The notes: generated by a model not told the origin, from the sequence alone. A stretch of DNA of 64,000 nucleotides from Candidatus Fervidifonticultor secundus (GCA_031459385.1 JAVKIP010000016.1:11286-75285); one strand, 5' to 3'. Shown: positions 31,217 to 41,516, counted from the first letter of the stretch. Program-made: numbers and translations.

Positions 31217-32884
31217 ATGACCAACGACCGCACTGCAGGAACCCGCGCGGTGTTCCGGCGCGACCTCCTGCGCTACGGCGCAGCTGGCGCCGGCGCCCTC
31301 CTCACGTCTTCCGCTTCCGCGTGGGCTCGCCTGGCGCTGGCGGGCCCTCAGCCAGCCGCCGAGCCGAAGAAAGGCGGCACGCTGGTCATCGCCTGGGAGG
31401 CCGACCCGGGCGTGCTGGTGCCCGGGCTCTCCACCGGCGGCGCCACGGTGCGCGCCCTGGTGCTGATGTACGACAGCCTGGTGCACGAGGACCTCACCAA
31501 ACCCGCGGGACAGGTCGACTCGCCACCCATCACCCCGGGGCTCGCCGAGCGCTGGACCATCTCGCCCGACGGGATGACCTACACCTTCACGCTGCGGCGC
31601 GGCGTGAAGTTCCACGACGGTACCGAGGTGGACGCCGAGGCGGTCAAGTTCAACTTCGACCGGGCGATCGACGAGCGCCATCCGTTCTTCGACGCCACCC
31701 TGCGCTCCATCAACTTCTCCCTGGTCGGCTACCGCGTCATCAAAGAGACCCGGGTCGTCGACCGGTACACGTTCCAGCTGCTCCTCACCGAGCCGTTCCC
31801 GTCGCTGCTGCGCAACCTGGCGACCCGCACCACCGGCATCGTCAGCCCCACGGCGATACGTCGCCTGGGCAAGGACCGCTTCGCGCTGGCGCCGGTGGGC
31901 AGCGGGCCGTTCAAGTTCGTGGAGCAGGAACGCGGCGTGAAGGTGGTGCTCGAGCGCAATCCCGACTACTGGGGCGGTGCACCGCTGCTGGACCGCGTCG
32001 TCATCCGGCCCATCATCGAGGCCGCCTCGCGCGTGGCCGCCCTGGTGGCCGGCGAAGTCGATGTCATGGTGGTGATCCCGCCCGACTCCGTGCACCAGCT
32101 CCGGTTCAACCGCAGCATCCAGGTCGCCTTCGCAGGCCCGCCGCACATCTGGTTCTGGATGCTGAACTGCCGCGCGACGCCCACGCGGGACCGGCGCGTC
32201 CGCCAGGCGCTGAACTACGCCGTCAACCGCGAGGGGCTGGTGAAGGACATCCTGCGCAACACCGCCACCGTCGCCCGCGGTCCGTTCCCGCCGGGCAACC
32301 CGGGCTACGCCAAGGACAACGTCGCGGGGTACACCTACGACCCGGCGCGGGCGCGCCGGCTGCTGGCCGAAGCCGGATTCCCCCAGGGGTTCGAGATGAA
32401 GTGCTTCTACCCCGCCAGCGGCACCGGCATGATGGTGCCCACGCCCATGAACGAGTACATCCAGGCCAACCTGCGCGACGTGGGCGTGCGCGTCAGTTTC
32501 GACGTGCTGGAGTTCGGGGCGTTCATCGCCAAGGCGCGCCTGGGGCTCGACGACGAGACCGGGGCACTGCAGACCTCGTGGAGCAGCAACGACCCGTGGT
32601 GGCTGGAGAGCATGTTCCACTCCGATCTGCACCCGCCCAAGGGCAACGTGCGGACTTGGTACAAGAACCCGGAGGTGGACCGGTTGCTGGACCAGGCCCG
32701 GCGCGAACTGAACGAAGCGCGGCGCCTGCAGCTCTACCGGCAGGCCGAGAAGATCATCGTCGACGACGCGCCGTGGATCTTCGTCTGCCACGACCGGAGC
32801 CCGATCGCGTACCGGGCCAAGGTGCAGAACTTCGTGGCGCCGCCGTCGTGGAACTTCGACCTGCGCCAGGTCTGGTTGCGGTAA
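31217..32884 (+). CDS. Tat-exported ABC substrate-binding protein, family 5
   Basis: FRRDLL twin-arginine signal, KKGGTL, LAERWTISPDGMTYTFTLRRGVKFHDG, PVGSGPF. Confidence 0.92.
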   Translation: MTNDRTAGTRAVFRRDLLRYGAAGAGALLTSSASAWARLALAGPQPAAEPKKGGTLVIAWEADPGVLVPGLSTGGATVRALVLMYDSLVHEDLTKPAGQVDSPPITPGLAERWTISPDGMTYTFTLRRGVKFHDGTEVDAEAVKFNFDRAIDERHPFFDATLRSINFSLVGYRVIKETRVVDRYTFQLLLTEPFPSLLRNLATRTTGIVSPTAIRRLGKDRFALAPVGSGPFKFVEQERGVKVVLERNPDYWGGAPLLDRVVIRPIIEAASRVAALVAGEVDVMVVIPPDSVHQLRFNRSIQVAFAGPPHIWFWMLNCRATPTRDRRVRQALNYAVNREGLVKDILRNTATVARGPFPPGNPGYAKDNVAGYTYDPARARRLLAEAGFPQGFEMKCFYPASGTGMMVPTPMNEYIQANLRDVGVRVSFDVLEFGAFIAKARLGLDDETGALQTSWSSNDPWWLESMFHSDLHPPKGNVRTWYKNPEVDRLLDQARRELNEARRLQLYRQAEKIIVDDAPWIFVCHDRSPIAYRAKVQNFVAPPSWNFDLRQVWLR

Positions 32885-32950
32885 GGGCACGGGCGGGTCA
32901 GGCACCGCCGGCGAGGCACATCGGACGGGCGGGGGCGCGGGAGGGAGGCG

Positions 32951-33901
32951 GTGGGCCGATACGTCGTCCATCGGCTGGCGCTGGCGGCCCCGGTGCTGTT
33001 GGGGATCTCGGTCGTCGTCTTCTTCATGCTGAAGCTGGTCCCGGGCGATCCGGCGATCGCCCTGCTGGGCCCCCAGGCCGAGCCGCGAGACATCGAGATG
33101 CTCCGGCGGGCCTGGGGGCTCGACCGCCCGCTGCATGCGCAGTACCTGACGTGGCTCGGCCACGTGCTCCGGGGCAACCTGGGCCTCTCGCTGGAACAGC
33201 GCGTGCCCGTGGCCGATCTCGTGCTGACCCGATTCAAGAACACGGCTATCCTGACCGTCGCCAGCGTGCTCCTCTCGCTCGCCCTGGGCCTCACGGCGGG
33301 AGTCGTGAGCGCCACGCGGCCCCGGTCCCTGTTCGACCGGCTGACCATGGTGGCGGCGCTCTTCGCCAACAGCATGCCGGCGTTCTGGCTGGGCCTGGTC
33401 CTGATCTTCATCTTCTCGCTGCGGCTGGGCTGGTTTCCCGTCAGCGGCATGTCCTCGGTCCGCGGCGAAGGAGGCCTCGCCGACCTGCTGCACCACCTGG
33501 TCCTCCCGGCGGTGACGCTGGGCGGTGCCACGACCGCCATCGTGGCGCGGCTCACGCGCTCCAGCATGCTGGAAGTCATCCGGCAGGACTACGTGCGCAC
33601 GGCGCGCGCCAAGGGGCTCGTCGAGCGCCGCGTGGTGGTGGGACACGCGCTGCGCAACGCGCTCCTGCCCGTGGTGACCGTCGTGGGGCTGCAGGTCGGG
33701 TTCCTGCTGGGCGGGGCGGTCCTGACCGAAACCGTCTTCTCGTGGCCGGGCGTCGGCCTGCAGCTCTACCGGGCGATCTCCACCCGCGACATCCCGCTGA
33801 TCCAGGGCAGCGTGCTGCTCATCGCGGTGACGTTCGTGGTGATCAACCTGGTGGTGGATCTGCTCTACGCGCTGCTGGACCCACGGATCCGGTACGCTTA
33901 G
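32951..33901 (+). CDS. ABC permease DppB-like
   Basis: PGDPA, DYVRTARAKGL, ETVFSWPGVG, LDPRIRY. Confidence 0.93.
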   Translation: MGRYVVHRLALAAPVLLGISVVVFFMLKLVPGDPAIALLGPQAEPRDIEMLRRAWGLDRPLHAQYLTWLGHVLRGNLGLSLEQRVPVADLVLTRFKNTAILTVASVLLSLALGLTAGVVSATRPRSLFDRLTMVAALFANSMPAFWLGLVLIFIFSLRLGWFPVSGMSSVRGEGGLADLLHHLVLPAVTLGGATTAIVARLTRSSMLEVIRQDYVRTARAKGLVERRVVVGHALRNALLPVVTVVGLQVGFLLGGAVLTETVFSWPGVGLQLYRAISTRDIPLIQGSVLLIAVTFVVINLVVDLLYALLDPRIRYA

Positions 33902-34821
33902 GTACCGCGCAGGCGCGGGTCGAGCGCGTCCCGCAGCCCGTCGCCGAGCAGGTTGAAGCCCAGCGTGACGATGAAGATCACCAGGCCCGGGATCGTGGCC
34001 ACGTGGGGCGCCACGGCCAGCACCTGTCGGCCAGCCGCGAGCATGGCGCCCCAGTCGGCGGCCGGCGGCTGCACACCCAGGCCGAGGAAGCTGAGCCCCG
34101 CGGCGAAGATGACCACGCGCCCGGTCTCCAGGGTGGCGTAGACGATCACCGACGGCAGCACGTTGGGCAGCACGTGGCGCATGACGATACGCACGGTACT
34201 GGCGCCCAGGCAGCGCGCGGCCTCGACGTACTCGCGCTCGCGGACCGAGAGCACCAGGCCGCGGACCAGCCGCGCGAAGATCGGCACGGAGACCACCACG
34301 ATGGCCATGACGACGTTCTGCAGGCCGGGGCCCAGGGCGGCCGCGATGCCGATGGCCAGCAGGATCGAGGGAAACGCCAGGACGACGTCGAGGGTCCGCA
34401 TGGCGACCTGGTCGATCCAGCCGCGGGCGTAGCCGGACGCCAGGCCCAGCGCGAGGCCGAGCGTCCCCGAGATGAGCACGGGGAAGAAGGCGACCCACAG
34501 CGAGATGCGCCCGCCCCACAGCAGCCGGCTGGCGATGTCGCGGCCGATGTCGTCGGTGCCGAGCAGATGTCCCGACGTGCCCGGCGGCAACAGGCGCGCG
34601 GCCGCATTCACCCGGTAGGGGTCGTGGGGCGCCAGGTAGGGCGCGAACACCGCGCCCAGCACGGCCAGCAACACCACCGCGAGCCCGGCGACTGCGAACC
34701 GGTCCCGGCGCAGGCTGCGCCAGACGATGGCGGTTTGCGAGACCACCGGCCGCGCCATGAGGTCCGCAGCCTGGGTGGTGGCCTGCTCGTCCGCGCGGGG
34801 GAGCATGAGGGGCGCACGCAT
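33898..34821 (-). CDS. ABC permease DppC-like, on the opposite strand to its partners
   Basis: HLLGTDDIGRDI, EYVEAARCLGA, LSFLGLG..PP..DWG, GDGLRDALDP; start approximate. Confidence 0.9.
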   Translation of the reverse strand: MRAPLMLPRADEQATTQAADLMARPVVSQTAIVWRSLRRDRFAVAGLAVVLLAVLGAVFAPYLAPHDPYRVNAAARLLPPGTSGHLLGTDDIGRDIASRLLWGGRISLWVAFFPVLISGTLGLALGLASGYARGWIDQVAMRTLDVVLAFPSILLAIGIAAALGPGLQNVVMAIVVVSVPIFARLVRGLVLSVREREYVEAARCLGASTVRIVMRHVLPNVLPSVIVYATLETGRVVIFAAGLSFLGLGVQPPAADWGAMLAAGRQVLAVAPHVATIPGLVIFIVTLGFNLLGDGLRDALDPRLRGT

Positions 34822-34906
34822 GGGATCGGCGTCTCCGGTGGATCGAATCGAAAGGTTCCACAGCGGCGGGCCCCGTCCTGTTACCGGCGGGCTCCGAGGA
34901 GGGATC

Positions 34907-35101
34907 ATGGATACGCCTGACGAGCAGGTCGCGCGGATCGTGCTGGCCGCGGCCGTGAGGCTGTTTGGCCTCCCCCTGGCCGCCGACGACGAGGCCCGGG
35001 TGGGCAGGGAGTGGGCCGAGTTCCTGACCGATGGTCGGCGGATCGTGGCCGCGCTGCCGGCCGATGCGGAGCCAGCGCCGACGTTCTCTGCGGGGGAGTA
35101 G
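34907..35101 (+). CDS. Small amidase partner protein (GatC/AtzG-like), 64 aa
   Basis: GAGGAGG RBS; ends in EPAPTF like AtzG-type small subunits; stop is 1 nt before the amidase start. Confidence 0.65.
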   Translation: MDTPDEQVARIVLAAAVRLFGLPLAADDEARVGREWAEFLTDGRRIVAALPADAEPAPTFSAGE

Positions 35102-35102
35102 C

Positions 35103-36560
35103 GTGCCCCCGGAGGTCCCACCGCCGGATACGATCGCCGCCGCCGGCCTGGCCCTGGCCCGGCGGGCGCTCTCGCCGGTCGACCTGGTGGAGGCCTGTCT
35201 GGCCCGCATCGCGCGGTATGACGGCATGCTGCGCGCCTACGTCACCGTCACGGCCGACCGCGCCCGGGCCCAGGCCCGCGCCGCCGAGCAGGAGATCGTA
35301 CGCGGCGGCTGGCGCGGCCCGCTGCACGGCATCCCGCTGGCGCTCAAGGACATCGTGCAGACCGCCGGGATCCGCACCACGTGCGGGTCCCGGGTGCTCG
35401 CGGACTGGGTGCCGGGCGAGGATGCCACGGTCTGGCGCCGGCTGGCCGCAGCCGGCGCGATCCTGCTCGGCAAGCTCAACATGCACGAGTTCGCGTTCCG
35501 CGTGCCGCATCCCGACTTCCCCACGCCGCGTAACCCGTGGGACCTGGAGCGATCGTGCGCGGGGTCGAGCAGCGGCTCGGGCGCTGCCGTGGCCGCGGGC
35601 CTGTGCCTGGGCGCGCTGGGCACCGATACCGGCGGCTCGATCCGGCTCCCCGCGGCGTACTGTGGCATCGTCGGGTTGAAGCCGACCTACGGCCTGGTGA
35701 GCCGCGCCGGCGTCGTGCCGCTGGCCTGGACGCTCGACCACGTGGGACCGATGGCGCGCACCGTCGAGGACGCCGCCATCCTGCTGGAGGCGATCGCGGG
35801 GTACGATCCTGCCGACCCGGCGTCGGCGCGCCGCGCGCCCGAACCCTACCGGGCCGGACTGGGGCGAGACCTGCGGGGGGTGCGGGTTGGCGTCGTGCGG
35901 CAGCTGCTGGAAGGTGTCGTGGCGCCGGAGGTCGTGGCGGCTACCACTGGGGCGGCCGGCGTCCTGCGCGATCTTGGACTGCGGGTCGAGCCCGTGGAGC
36001 TGCCGCGGCTCGACGACGCGCTGACCGCCTATCGGACCATCGTCTTCTCCGAGGCCGCAGCCTACCACCAGGCGCAGCTGGCCGCCCGCGCTGGCGACTA
36101 CGGCCCGCGGCTGCGGGAGCAGCTGGCCCTGGGCCTGGCAATCCCCGCAGCGCAGTACGTGAACGCGCAGCGCCTGCGCCGCGAGGTCATCCGGGCGCTG
36201 GGCGCGCTGCTGCAGCAGGTCGACATCCTGCTGTGCCCGAGCGCCCCCGCCGAAGCGCAGCCCATCGGGCAGCAGGGTGTGGCCATCGATGGGGTGCTCC
36301 ACGACAGCCCCGTGGTGATCTCGCGGTTCACGAGCGTCTTCAACATCGCCGGGCTCCCGGCGATCAGCGTGCCGTGCGGATTCTCGCCGGGCGGCCTGCC
36401 GCTCGGCCTCCAGCTCGCCGGCCGGCCGTTCGCCGACGGCCTCGTGCTGGCCGTGGCCTGGGCCTACGAGCAGGCCACCGGCTGGACCGGGCGGCGGCCG
36501 CCGCTGGGGCCCGGGCTCATGACCGGGCGACCGGCCAGGCCCGGCAGCGGCCACCGCTGA
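35103..36560 (+). CDS. Amidase signature-family enzyme
   Basis: GPLHGIPLALKD, GKLNMHEF, GSSSGS, GTDTGGSIRLPA (Ser-cisSer-Lys). Confidence 0.93.
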   Translation: MPPEVPPPDTIAAAGLALARRALSPVDLVEACLARIARYDGMLRAYVTVTADRARAQARAAEQEIVRGGWRGPLHGIPLALKDIVQTAGIRTTCGSRVLADWVPGEDATVWRRLAAAGAILLGKLNMHEFAFRVPHPDFPTPRNPWDLERSCAGSSSGSGAAVAAGLCLGALGTDTGGSIRLPAAYCGIVGLKPTYGLVSRAGVVPLAWTLDHVGPMARTVEDAAILLEAIAGYDPADPASARRAPEPYRAGLGRDLRGVRVGVVRQLLEGVVAPEVVAATTGAAGVLRDLGLRVEPVELPRLDDALTAYRTIVFSEAAAYHQAQLAARAGDYGPRLREQLALGLAIPAAQYVNAQRLRREVIRALGALLQQVDILLCPSAPAEAQPIGQQGVAIDGVLHDSPVVISRFTSVFNIAGLPAISVPCGFSPGGLPLGLQLAGRPFADGLVLAVAWAYEQATGWTGRRPPLGPGLMTGRPARPGSGHR

Positions 36561-36572
36561 ACGGCCGCGCGA

Positions 36573-36899
36573 TCACCGCCCCGGGGGCGCGTACCTGACC
36601 TCCCTGGCCTTGGCCGCCGCGCGGTCGAACTCCTCGGGTGTCAACAGGACAGTGGTCGTGCCCCGAAACGCGCCGGCGGCGCCGATGGCCAGCGACAGCG
36701 CCGCGGCCGACGCGTTGTCTGGCGCGTCCACCAGCACGACCACGTCGTCGGTCCCGAAGGCGAAGTAGAACGCTTCCATCTTGGCGCCCGCGCTCTCGAT
36801 CGCCTGGCGGGCAGCCTCGCGGCGCTTCGAACCGCCATCGCTGAGGACGCCGCGCACACCATCCAGCGTGTACGACCCGTGGAACAGGTATTTGGGCAT
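36573..36899 (-). CDS. GYD-domain protein
   Basis: MPKYL..SYT..G..G...GGSKRR...FYFAFGTDDVVV..DAPD pattern. Confidence 0.8.
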   Translation of the reverse strand: MPKYLFHGSYTLDGVRGVLSDGGSKRREAARQAIESAGAKMEAFYFAFGTDDVVVLVDAPDNASAAALSLAIGAAGAFRGTTTVLLTPEEFDRAAAKAREVRYAPPGR

Positions 36900-37106
36900 G
36901 GGATGACCCCCCTGGCGCCGGTGTGCTCCCGGCAGGCAGCGGCAGCGAGACGCCGAAGAGCACTGTCTGGCAACGGGAGCCACCGGAGCCCTTCGGGGCG
37001 ATAGTGACCGTTCCTGCCGTTCGCGAGCCCGGCCCGGAGGCCGACGGCGCGCCGGACCTGCTGGCGGCCGCGGGCGCCACCTGCGATTCGAGCCAGGCGC
37101 GTCGGG

Positions 37107-37617
37107 TCAGCGGTGCCGGGCCATGCGCAGCCACGCCAGCATCCCGGCGAGCCCCAGCAGCGTGCACGCGTAGTGCACAGGGTATAGAAAGCACCCGCCA
37201 CGAAGAGGGGGTCGCCGGCACGAGCGGCCACAGCGGCGTGATGTCGGCATGGATGAGCGCGTCCAGGAGGACGTGGGAGATCCCCCCTGCGGCACCGCTG
37301 GCCACGGCTGCGTCGGGGCCGATGGGGACCAGCGCCGCCCCCATCCACGCCGGGAGGTCCGGCTGCTTCCGTCGAAGCCAGGCTGTGACCACGTTGAGGG
37401 CGGGCCGGCCGAGCACGGCGGCCAGGACGCCGATGAGCATCGCCCCGATGAAGCTGTGGACGGGGCCATGGTGAGGCTCGACGCCGAAGAGCAGCGCCCG
37501 CGCCGGCTCCAGATCCAGGGCGACCTGCACGAGAGCGAAGATGCGGAGGCTGAAGCGCCGGCCGGTCAGGGGCTTCGCCGCGATGGCCGGCCCGAGGTGA
37601 AAGGGCGTCAGCGGCAC
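37107..37617 (-). pseudogene. Membrane metal-dependent hydrolase-like protein (DUF4184/YdjM-like), frameshifted near the 3' end
   Basis: PLTPFHLGP...DLEP...HGPVHS...SHVLLDALIHADITPLWP; the C-terminal TM (VHYACTLLGLAGMLAW) is in another frame after about 37180-37220. Confidence 0.65.
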
Positions 37618-37672
37618 GGGATCGTGTGTGTCACCCACTCGGGCGCGTCGCCCACCACCGTCGCCGGTGCGA

Positions 37673-37760
37673 TGGTGCGGAAGGGGAGATTTGAACTCCC
37701 ACGGGCTTGTGGCCCACAGGCTCCTGAGGCCTGCGCGTCTGCCAGTTCCGCCACTTCCGC
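37673..37760 (-). tRNA. tRNA-Leu(CAG)
   Basis: GCGGAAGTGGCGGAACTGGCAGACGC...CAGGC-CTCAGGA-GCCTG, long variable arm, GTTCAAATC, CTTCCGC-A-CCA. Confidence 0.97.
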
Positions 37761-37806
37761 GCGATGGACGGGAGCCGTGCGCGGCACGGCCAGCCGCAGC
37801 ACCCTG

Positions 37807-37836
37807 AGGATAGCCCGGGCGCCGGGACGCCGTCAA
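37807..37836 (-). promoter_or_regulatory. Sigma70-type promoter for tRNA-Leu
   Basis: TTGACG-N18-TATCCT on the minus strand. Confidence 0.55.
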
Positions 37837-37919
37837 GGCGACGTGCGCCGGGCGCCATCCGCCACCAGGCCGCGGCGCTGCGCGGGGTAGGGCTGCGGGG
37901 CAGACTATACTGGAGACCG

Positions 37920-40214
37920 ATGGACTTCGGCGCGCTCCTCGACGACCTGCGCGCGCGCCCCGGCTACGGTGGCCAGATCGTGCACGTTCGGTTCCTCCCG
38001 CCCCGGCCGCCGCGCCACGCCGACCTGGCGCCGCCGCTGCCGCCGGCGCTCGCGGCCCGGCTGCGCCAGCGGGGCATCGAGCGCCTGTACACGCACCAGG
38101 TGGCGGCCGTGGAGGCAGCCCGCCGCGGCGAGCACCTGGCCGTGGTCACCTCCACGGCCAGCGGGAAGACGCTGTGCTACACGCTGCCGGTGCTGGAGGC
38201 GCTGCTCGCCGACCCCAGGGCCTGCGCCCTGTTCCTCTTCCCCACCAAGGCGCTGGCCCAGGACCAGCTGGACAGCCTGCGGGCGTTCGAGCTCCCTGAC
38301 CTGCCGGTGGAGACCTACGACGGCGACACCCCGGCGCGGCAGCGGGCCGCCATCAGGGACCGCGCGCGGATCCTGCTGACGAACCCGGACATGCTGCACA
38401 TCGGGATCCTGCCGCAGCACTTCCGGTGGCGGCGATTCCTCGGAGGCCTGCGGTTCGTGGTCGCAGACGAGATGCACGTCTACCGCGGCGTCTTCGGCTC
38501 GCACGTGGCCAACGTCCTGCGCCGCCTGTGGCGGGTCTGTCGCTTCCACGGCGCAGCGCCCCAGGTGATCTGCACGTCGGCGACCGTGGCCAACGCGCGG
38601 GAGTTCGCCGAGCGGCTGCTGGGCGTACCCGTGACGACCATCGCGGCGGACGGCGCGCCCGCGGGCCCGCGGTGGTTCGTGCTGTGGAACCCGCCGCTGC
38701 GGGAGGGTGCCGCGGGCCGGCGCAGCGCGCTCGGCGAGGCCACGGCGCTGTTCAGCGAGCTCACAGCCCGCGGCGTGCGCACCATCGCCTTCACCAAGGC
38801 CCGCAAGGTCACCGAACTCATCGCCCGCTATGCGACGCGGCGCCTGCGGGAGACGGCGCCGGAGGCCGCCGCGCGCATCAGCCCCTACCGGGCCGGCTAC
38901 CTGCCTGCGGACCGCCGGCGGATCGAGCGTCGCCTGTTCCACGGCGAGCTGTACGGCGTTGTGGCCACCAGCGCGCTCGAGCTCGGCATCGACGTCGGCG
39001 GGCTGGACGCCGCGGTGCTGGTGGGCTTCCCCGGCACCATCGCCTCCACCTGGCAGCGCGCGGGGCGGGCCGGACGTGGGGCCGCGCCGGCGCTGGCGGT
39101 GCTGGTGGCGGGAGACGACGCGCTCGACCAGTACCTGATGCGCCATCCCGACTACCTCTTCGACCGGCCGTGCGAGCACGCGATCATCGATCCGGAAAAT
39201 CCGTATATCCTGGCCCGCCACCTCCGGTGCGCGGCGGCGGAGCTGCCGCTGATCGAGGCGGACACCACGCTGTTCGGCGCGCGCACCCGCGAACTGCTCC
39301 CGCTGCTGGTCGAAGCCGGTGACCTCGTGCCGCGCCGGGGGCGGTGGTACTGGGTCGGCCGGCAGCGGTACCCCGCGCAGGAGGTGGACCTCCGCGCGGC
39401 GTCGGGCGTCACCTTCCGCATCGTCGCCCCGCGGCGCGTGACGATCGGGACGGTCGACGACGCCCGTGTCTTCGAGCAGGCGCACCCCGGGGCCATCTAC
39501 CTTCACCAGGGCGAGACCTACCTGGTGCGCGCGCTCGACCTGCACGGGCGCACGGTGCACGTGGAGCCTACGGCCGCCGACTACTACACGCAGCCGCGCA
39601 CGGTCATCGACCTCACGATCCGCGCGCCGCGCGCAGCCAGGCCGTGGGGGCCCACGACGCTGCACTTCGGCGATGTGGACGTCACCACGCAGGTGATCGG
39701 CTTCGCCCGCAAGCAGCTCTTCACGGACACGACGCTGGGGGTCGAGCCCCTGGACCTGCCGGCCCGGACGCTGGCCACGACGGCCCTGTGGGTGCCGGTG
39801 CCCCAGGACCTGGAGCGGCGTGTGCGCGCGTCCGGTGGCGACTTCGCCGGCGCCATCCATGCCGTCGAGCACGCCGCCATCGGGGTGCTCCCGCTGTTCG
39901 CCATGTGCGACCGGTGGGACCTGGGGGGCGTCTCCTACCCTCAGCACCCTCAGGTGGAGGGGCCGGCAATCTTCATCTACGACGGGCACCCGGGTGGCGT
40001 CGGCATCACCGAGCAGGCCTACCGCCTGATCGACGCCTTGATGGCCGCGACCCGCGAGGTGATCGAGGCGTGCCCCTGCGAGACGGGCTGTCCGTCGTGC
40101 ATCCAGTCCCCCAAGTGCGGCAACCTGAACGAGCCGCTGGACAAGCGCGCCGCGCTGCTGCTGCTGGACGGCCTGCTGGCGCGCGCGCCGGTCGCCGGCG
40201 CGGAACGCGCGTGA
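37920..40214 (+). CDS. DEAD/DEAH helicase with C-terminal DUF1998 zinc domain (MrfA/YprA/Hrq-like)
   Basis: TSTASGKT, PTKALAQDQ, DEMH, SAT, ELGIDVG, QRAGRAGR, CPCETGCPSC. Confidence 0.93.
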   Translation: MDFGALLDDLRARPGYGGQIVHVRFLPPRPPRHADLAPPLPPALAARLRQRGIERLYTHQVAAVEAARRGEHLAVVTSTASGKTLCYTLPVLEALLADPRACALFLFPTKALAQDQLDSLRAFELPDLPVETYDGDTPARQRAAIRDRARILLTNPDMLHIGILPQHFRWRRFLGGLRFVVADEMHVYRGVFGSHVANVLRRLWRVCRFHGAAPQVICTSATVANAREFAERLLGVPVTTIAADGAPAGPRWFVLWNPPLREGAAGRRSALGEATALFSELTARGVRTIAFTKARKVTELIARYATRRLRETAPEAAARISPYRAGYLPADRRRIERRLFHGELYGVVATSALELGIDVGGLDAAVLVGFPGTIASTWQRAGRAGRGAAPALAVLVAGDDALDQYLMRHPDYLFDRPCEHAIIDPENPYILARHLRCAAAELPLIEADTTLFGARTRELLPLLVEAGDLVPRRGRWYWVGRQRYPAQEVDLRAASGVTFRIVAPRRVTIGTVDDARVFEQAHPGAIYLHQGETYLVRALDLHGRTVHVEPTAADYYTQPRTVIDLTIRAPRAARPWGPTTLHFGDVDVTTQVIGFARKQLFTDTTLGVEPLDLPARTLATTALWVPVPQDLERRVRASGGDFAGAIHAVEHAAIGVLPLFAMCDRWDLGGVSYPQHPQVEGPAIFIYDGHPGGVGITEQAYRLIDALMAATREVIEACPCETGCPSCIQSPKCGNLNEPLDKRAALLLLDGLLARAPVAGAERA

Positions 40215-40288
40215 GATGGCCCGCAGCACGTGAGATGGCCACGGGGCGCGGGTGCGAGGGCCATCGGCGCGGCAGGACCGTGACGCCC

Positions 40289-41230
40289 ATGTCGGGCACG
40301 CTGTACCTGGTCGCCACGCCTATCGGCAACCTGGAGGACCTCACGCCGCGAGCGGCACGGGTCCTGCGCGAGGTCGCGCTGGTCGCCTGCGAGGACACGC
40401 GGCGGACGCGCGGGCTGCTGGCCCACCTGGGCGTGCGCGCCCGGGTGGTGAGCCTGCACGCGCACAACGAGCGCGCCCGCGTCCCCGAGCTGCTGGCGCG
40501 CCTGCGCGACGGTACGGACGTCGCGGTCGTCTCCGACGCCGGCATGCCGACGATCTCCGACCCGGGGGCCCACCTGGTCGCCGCCGCCGCGGCGGCGGGC
40601 ATCCCGGTGGTGGCCGTGCCGGGTCCGAGCGCGGTGACGGCCGCCGTGGCGCTCGCCGATTTCCCCGCGGAGCGGTTCGTCTTTGCCGGGTTCCTGCCGT
40701 CCCGTGCGCCGGAGCGGCGCCGGGCGCTGGCGGCGCTGGCGCCGCTGCCGATGGCGCTGGTGCTCTTCGAGGCACCGCACCGCGTGCGCGCGACGCTGCG
40801 CGACCTGGCTGCGGTGCTGGGCGATCGCCCGATGCTGATGGCGCGAGAGCTGACCAAGGTGCACGAGGAGGTGTTGCGCGGCACGGCGCAGGAACTCCTC
40901 GACCGGCTGCCCGAGCGCATCCGCGGCGAGATCACGCTGGTGGTGGCCGGCGCGCCGACGTCGGCGGGCGCCCGCGGGCCCGCGGCTGCCAGCGAGGAGG
41001 CCGGCGCCGCGACGGCTGCGTCTGGCGCGGCGCCGCAGGCGATGATGTCCCCCGAGGCGTTCCTCCAGCGTCTGCGCGCCGCCGGGCTCTCGCGCCGTGA
41101 CGCGGGGCGGGCGCTGGCCGTGGCGTACGGCCTCCCGCCGCGCGCAGCCTACCGGCTGGCGGCGCGCGCGGACGGTGAGCCCGGCGGGCGCCGCAGGTCC
41201 ACGGCGGATGCTTCCGGGGAGGGATTCTGA
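40289..41230 (+). CDS. rsmI: 16S rRNA C1402 2'-O-methyltransferase
   Basis: LYLVATPIGNLED, CEDTRRT, SDAGMPTISDPG, PGPSA, RELTKVHEE. Confidence 0.95.
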   Translation: MSGTLYLVATPIGNLEDLTPRAARVLREVALVACEDTRRTRGLLAHLGVRARVVSLHAHNERARVPELLARLRDGTDVAVVSDAGMPTISDPGAHLVAAAAAAGIPVVAVPGPSAVTAAVALADFPAERFVFAGFLPSRAPERRRALAALAPLPMALVLFEAPHRVRATLRDLAAVLGDRPMLMARELTKVHEEVLRGTAQELLDRLPERIRGEITLVVAGAPTSAGARGPAAASEEAGAATAASGAAPQAMMSPEAFLQRLRAAGLSRRDAGRALAVAYGLPPRAAYRLAARADGEPGGRRRSTADASGEGF

Positions 41231-41231
41231 C

Positions 41232-41516
41232 GTGCGCCTGTGGCCGCCGCCGCGCGACCTGGTGACCGTGTACGAGGCGACCAGCGAGTTCGAGGCGATC
41301 GCCGTGCGCGATGTCCTGGAAGCCGCAGGCCTGCGGGTGATGGTGCGGTCGCGCCGCATCCCCGGGTACGAGGTCCCGGCCATGCGCGGGAACCAGGCGG
41401 GCATCTGGGCCGACGTCCTGGTGCGGCCCGAGGACGAGGGCGAGGCGCGGCGCGTGGTGGCAGAGTACCTGGCGTCCCTGCGACCGGCGGACAACGCCGA
41501 CGCCACGACCCCATGA
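41232..41516 (+). CDS. DUF2007-like small signal-transducing protein
   Basis: LVTVY..SEFEA..VRDVLEAAG...VLVRPED...AR pattern; coupled to both neighbours. Confidence 0.75.
   Translation: MRLWPPPRDLVTVYEATSEFEAIAVRDVLEAAGLRVMVRSRRIPGYEVPAMRGNQAGIWADVLVRPEDEGEARRVVAEYLASLRPADNADATTP

Noticed and set aside
31094..35227. Very long antisense or alternative-frame ORFs (1377 aa here; also 18141-21140, 44504-47056, 37905-40229, 62667-63974)
   Set aside because: Shadow ORFs expected at very high GC; they overlap well-supported genes and lack recognisable motifs
40210..40240. 12-bp direct repeat CGTGAGATGGCC x2 at the helicase stop
   Set aside because: Only two copies with no associated element; likely a local micro-duplication
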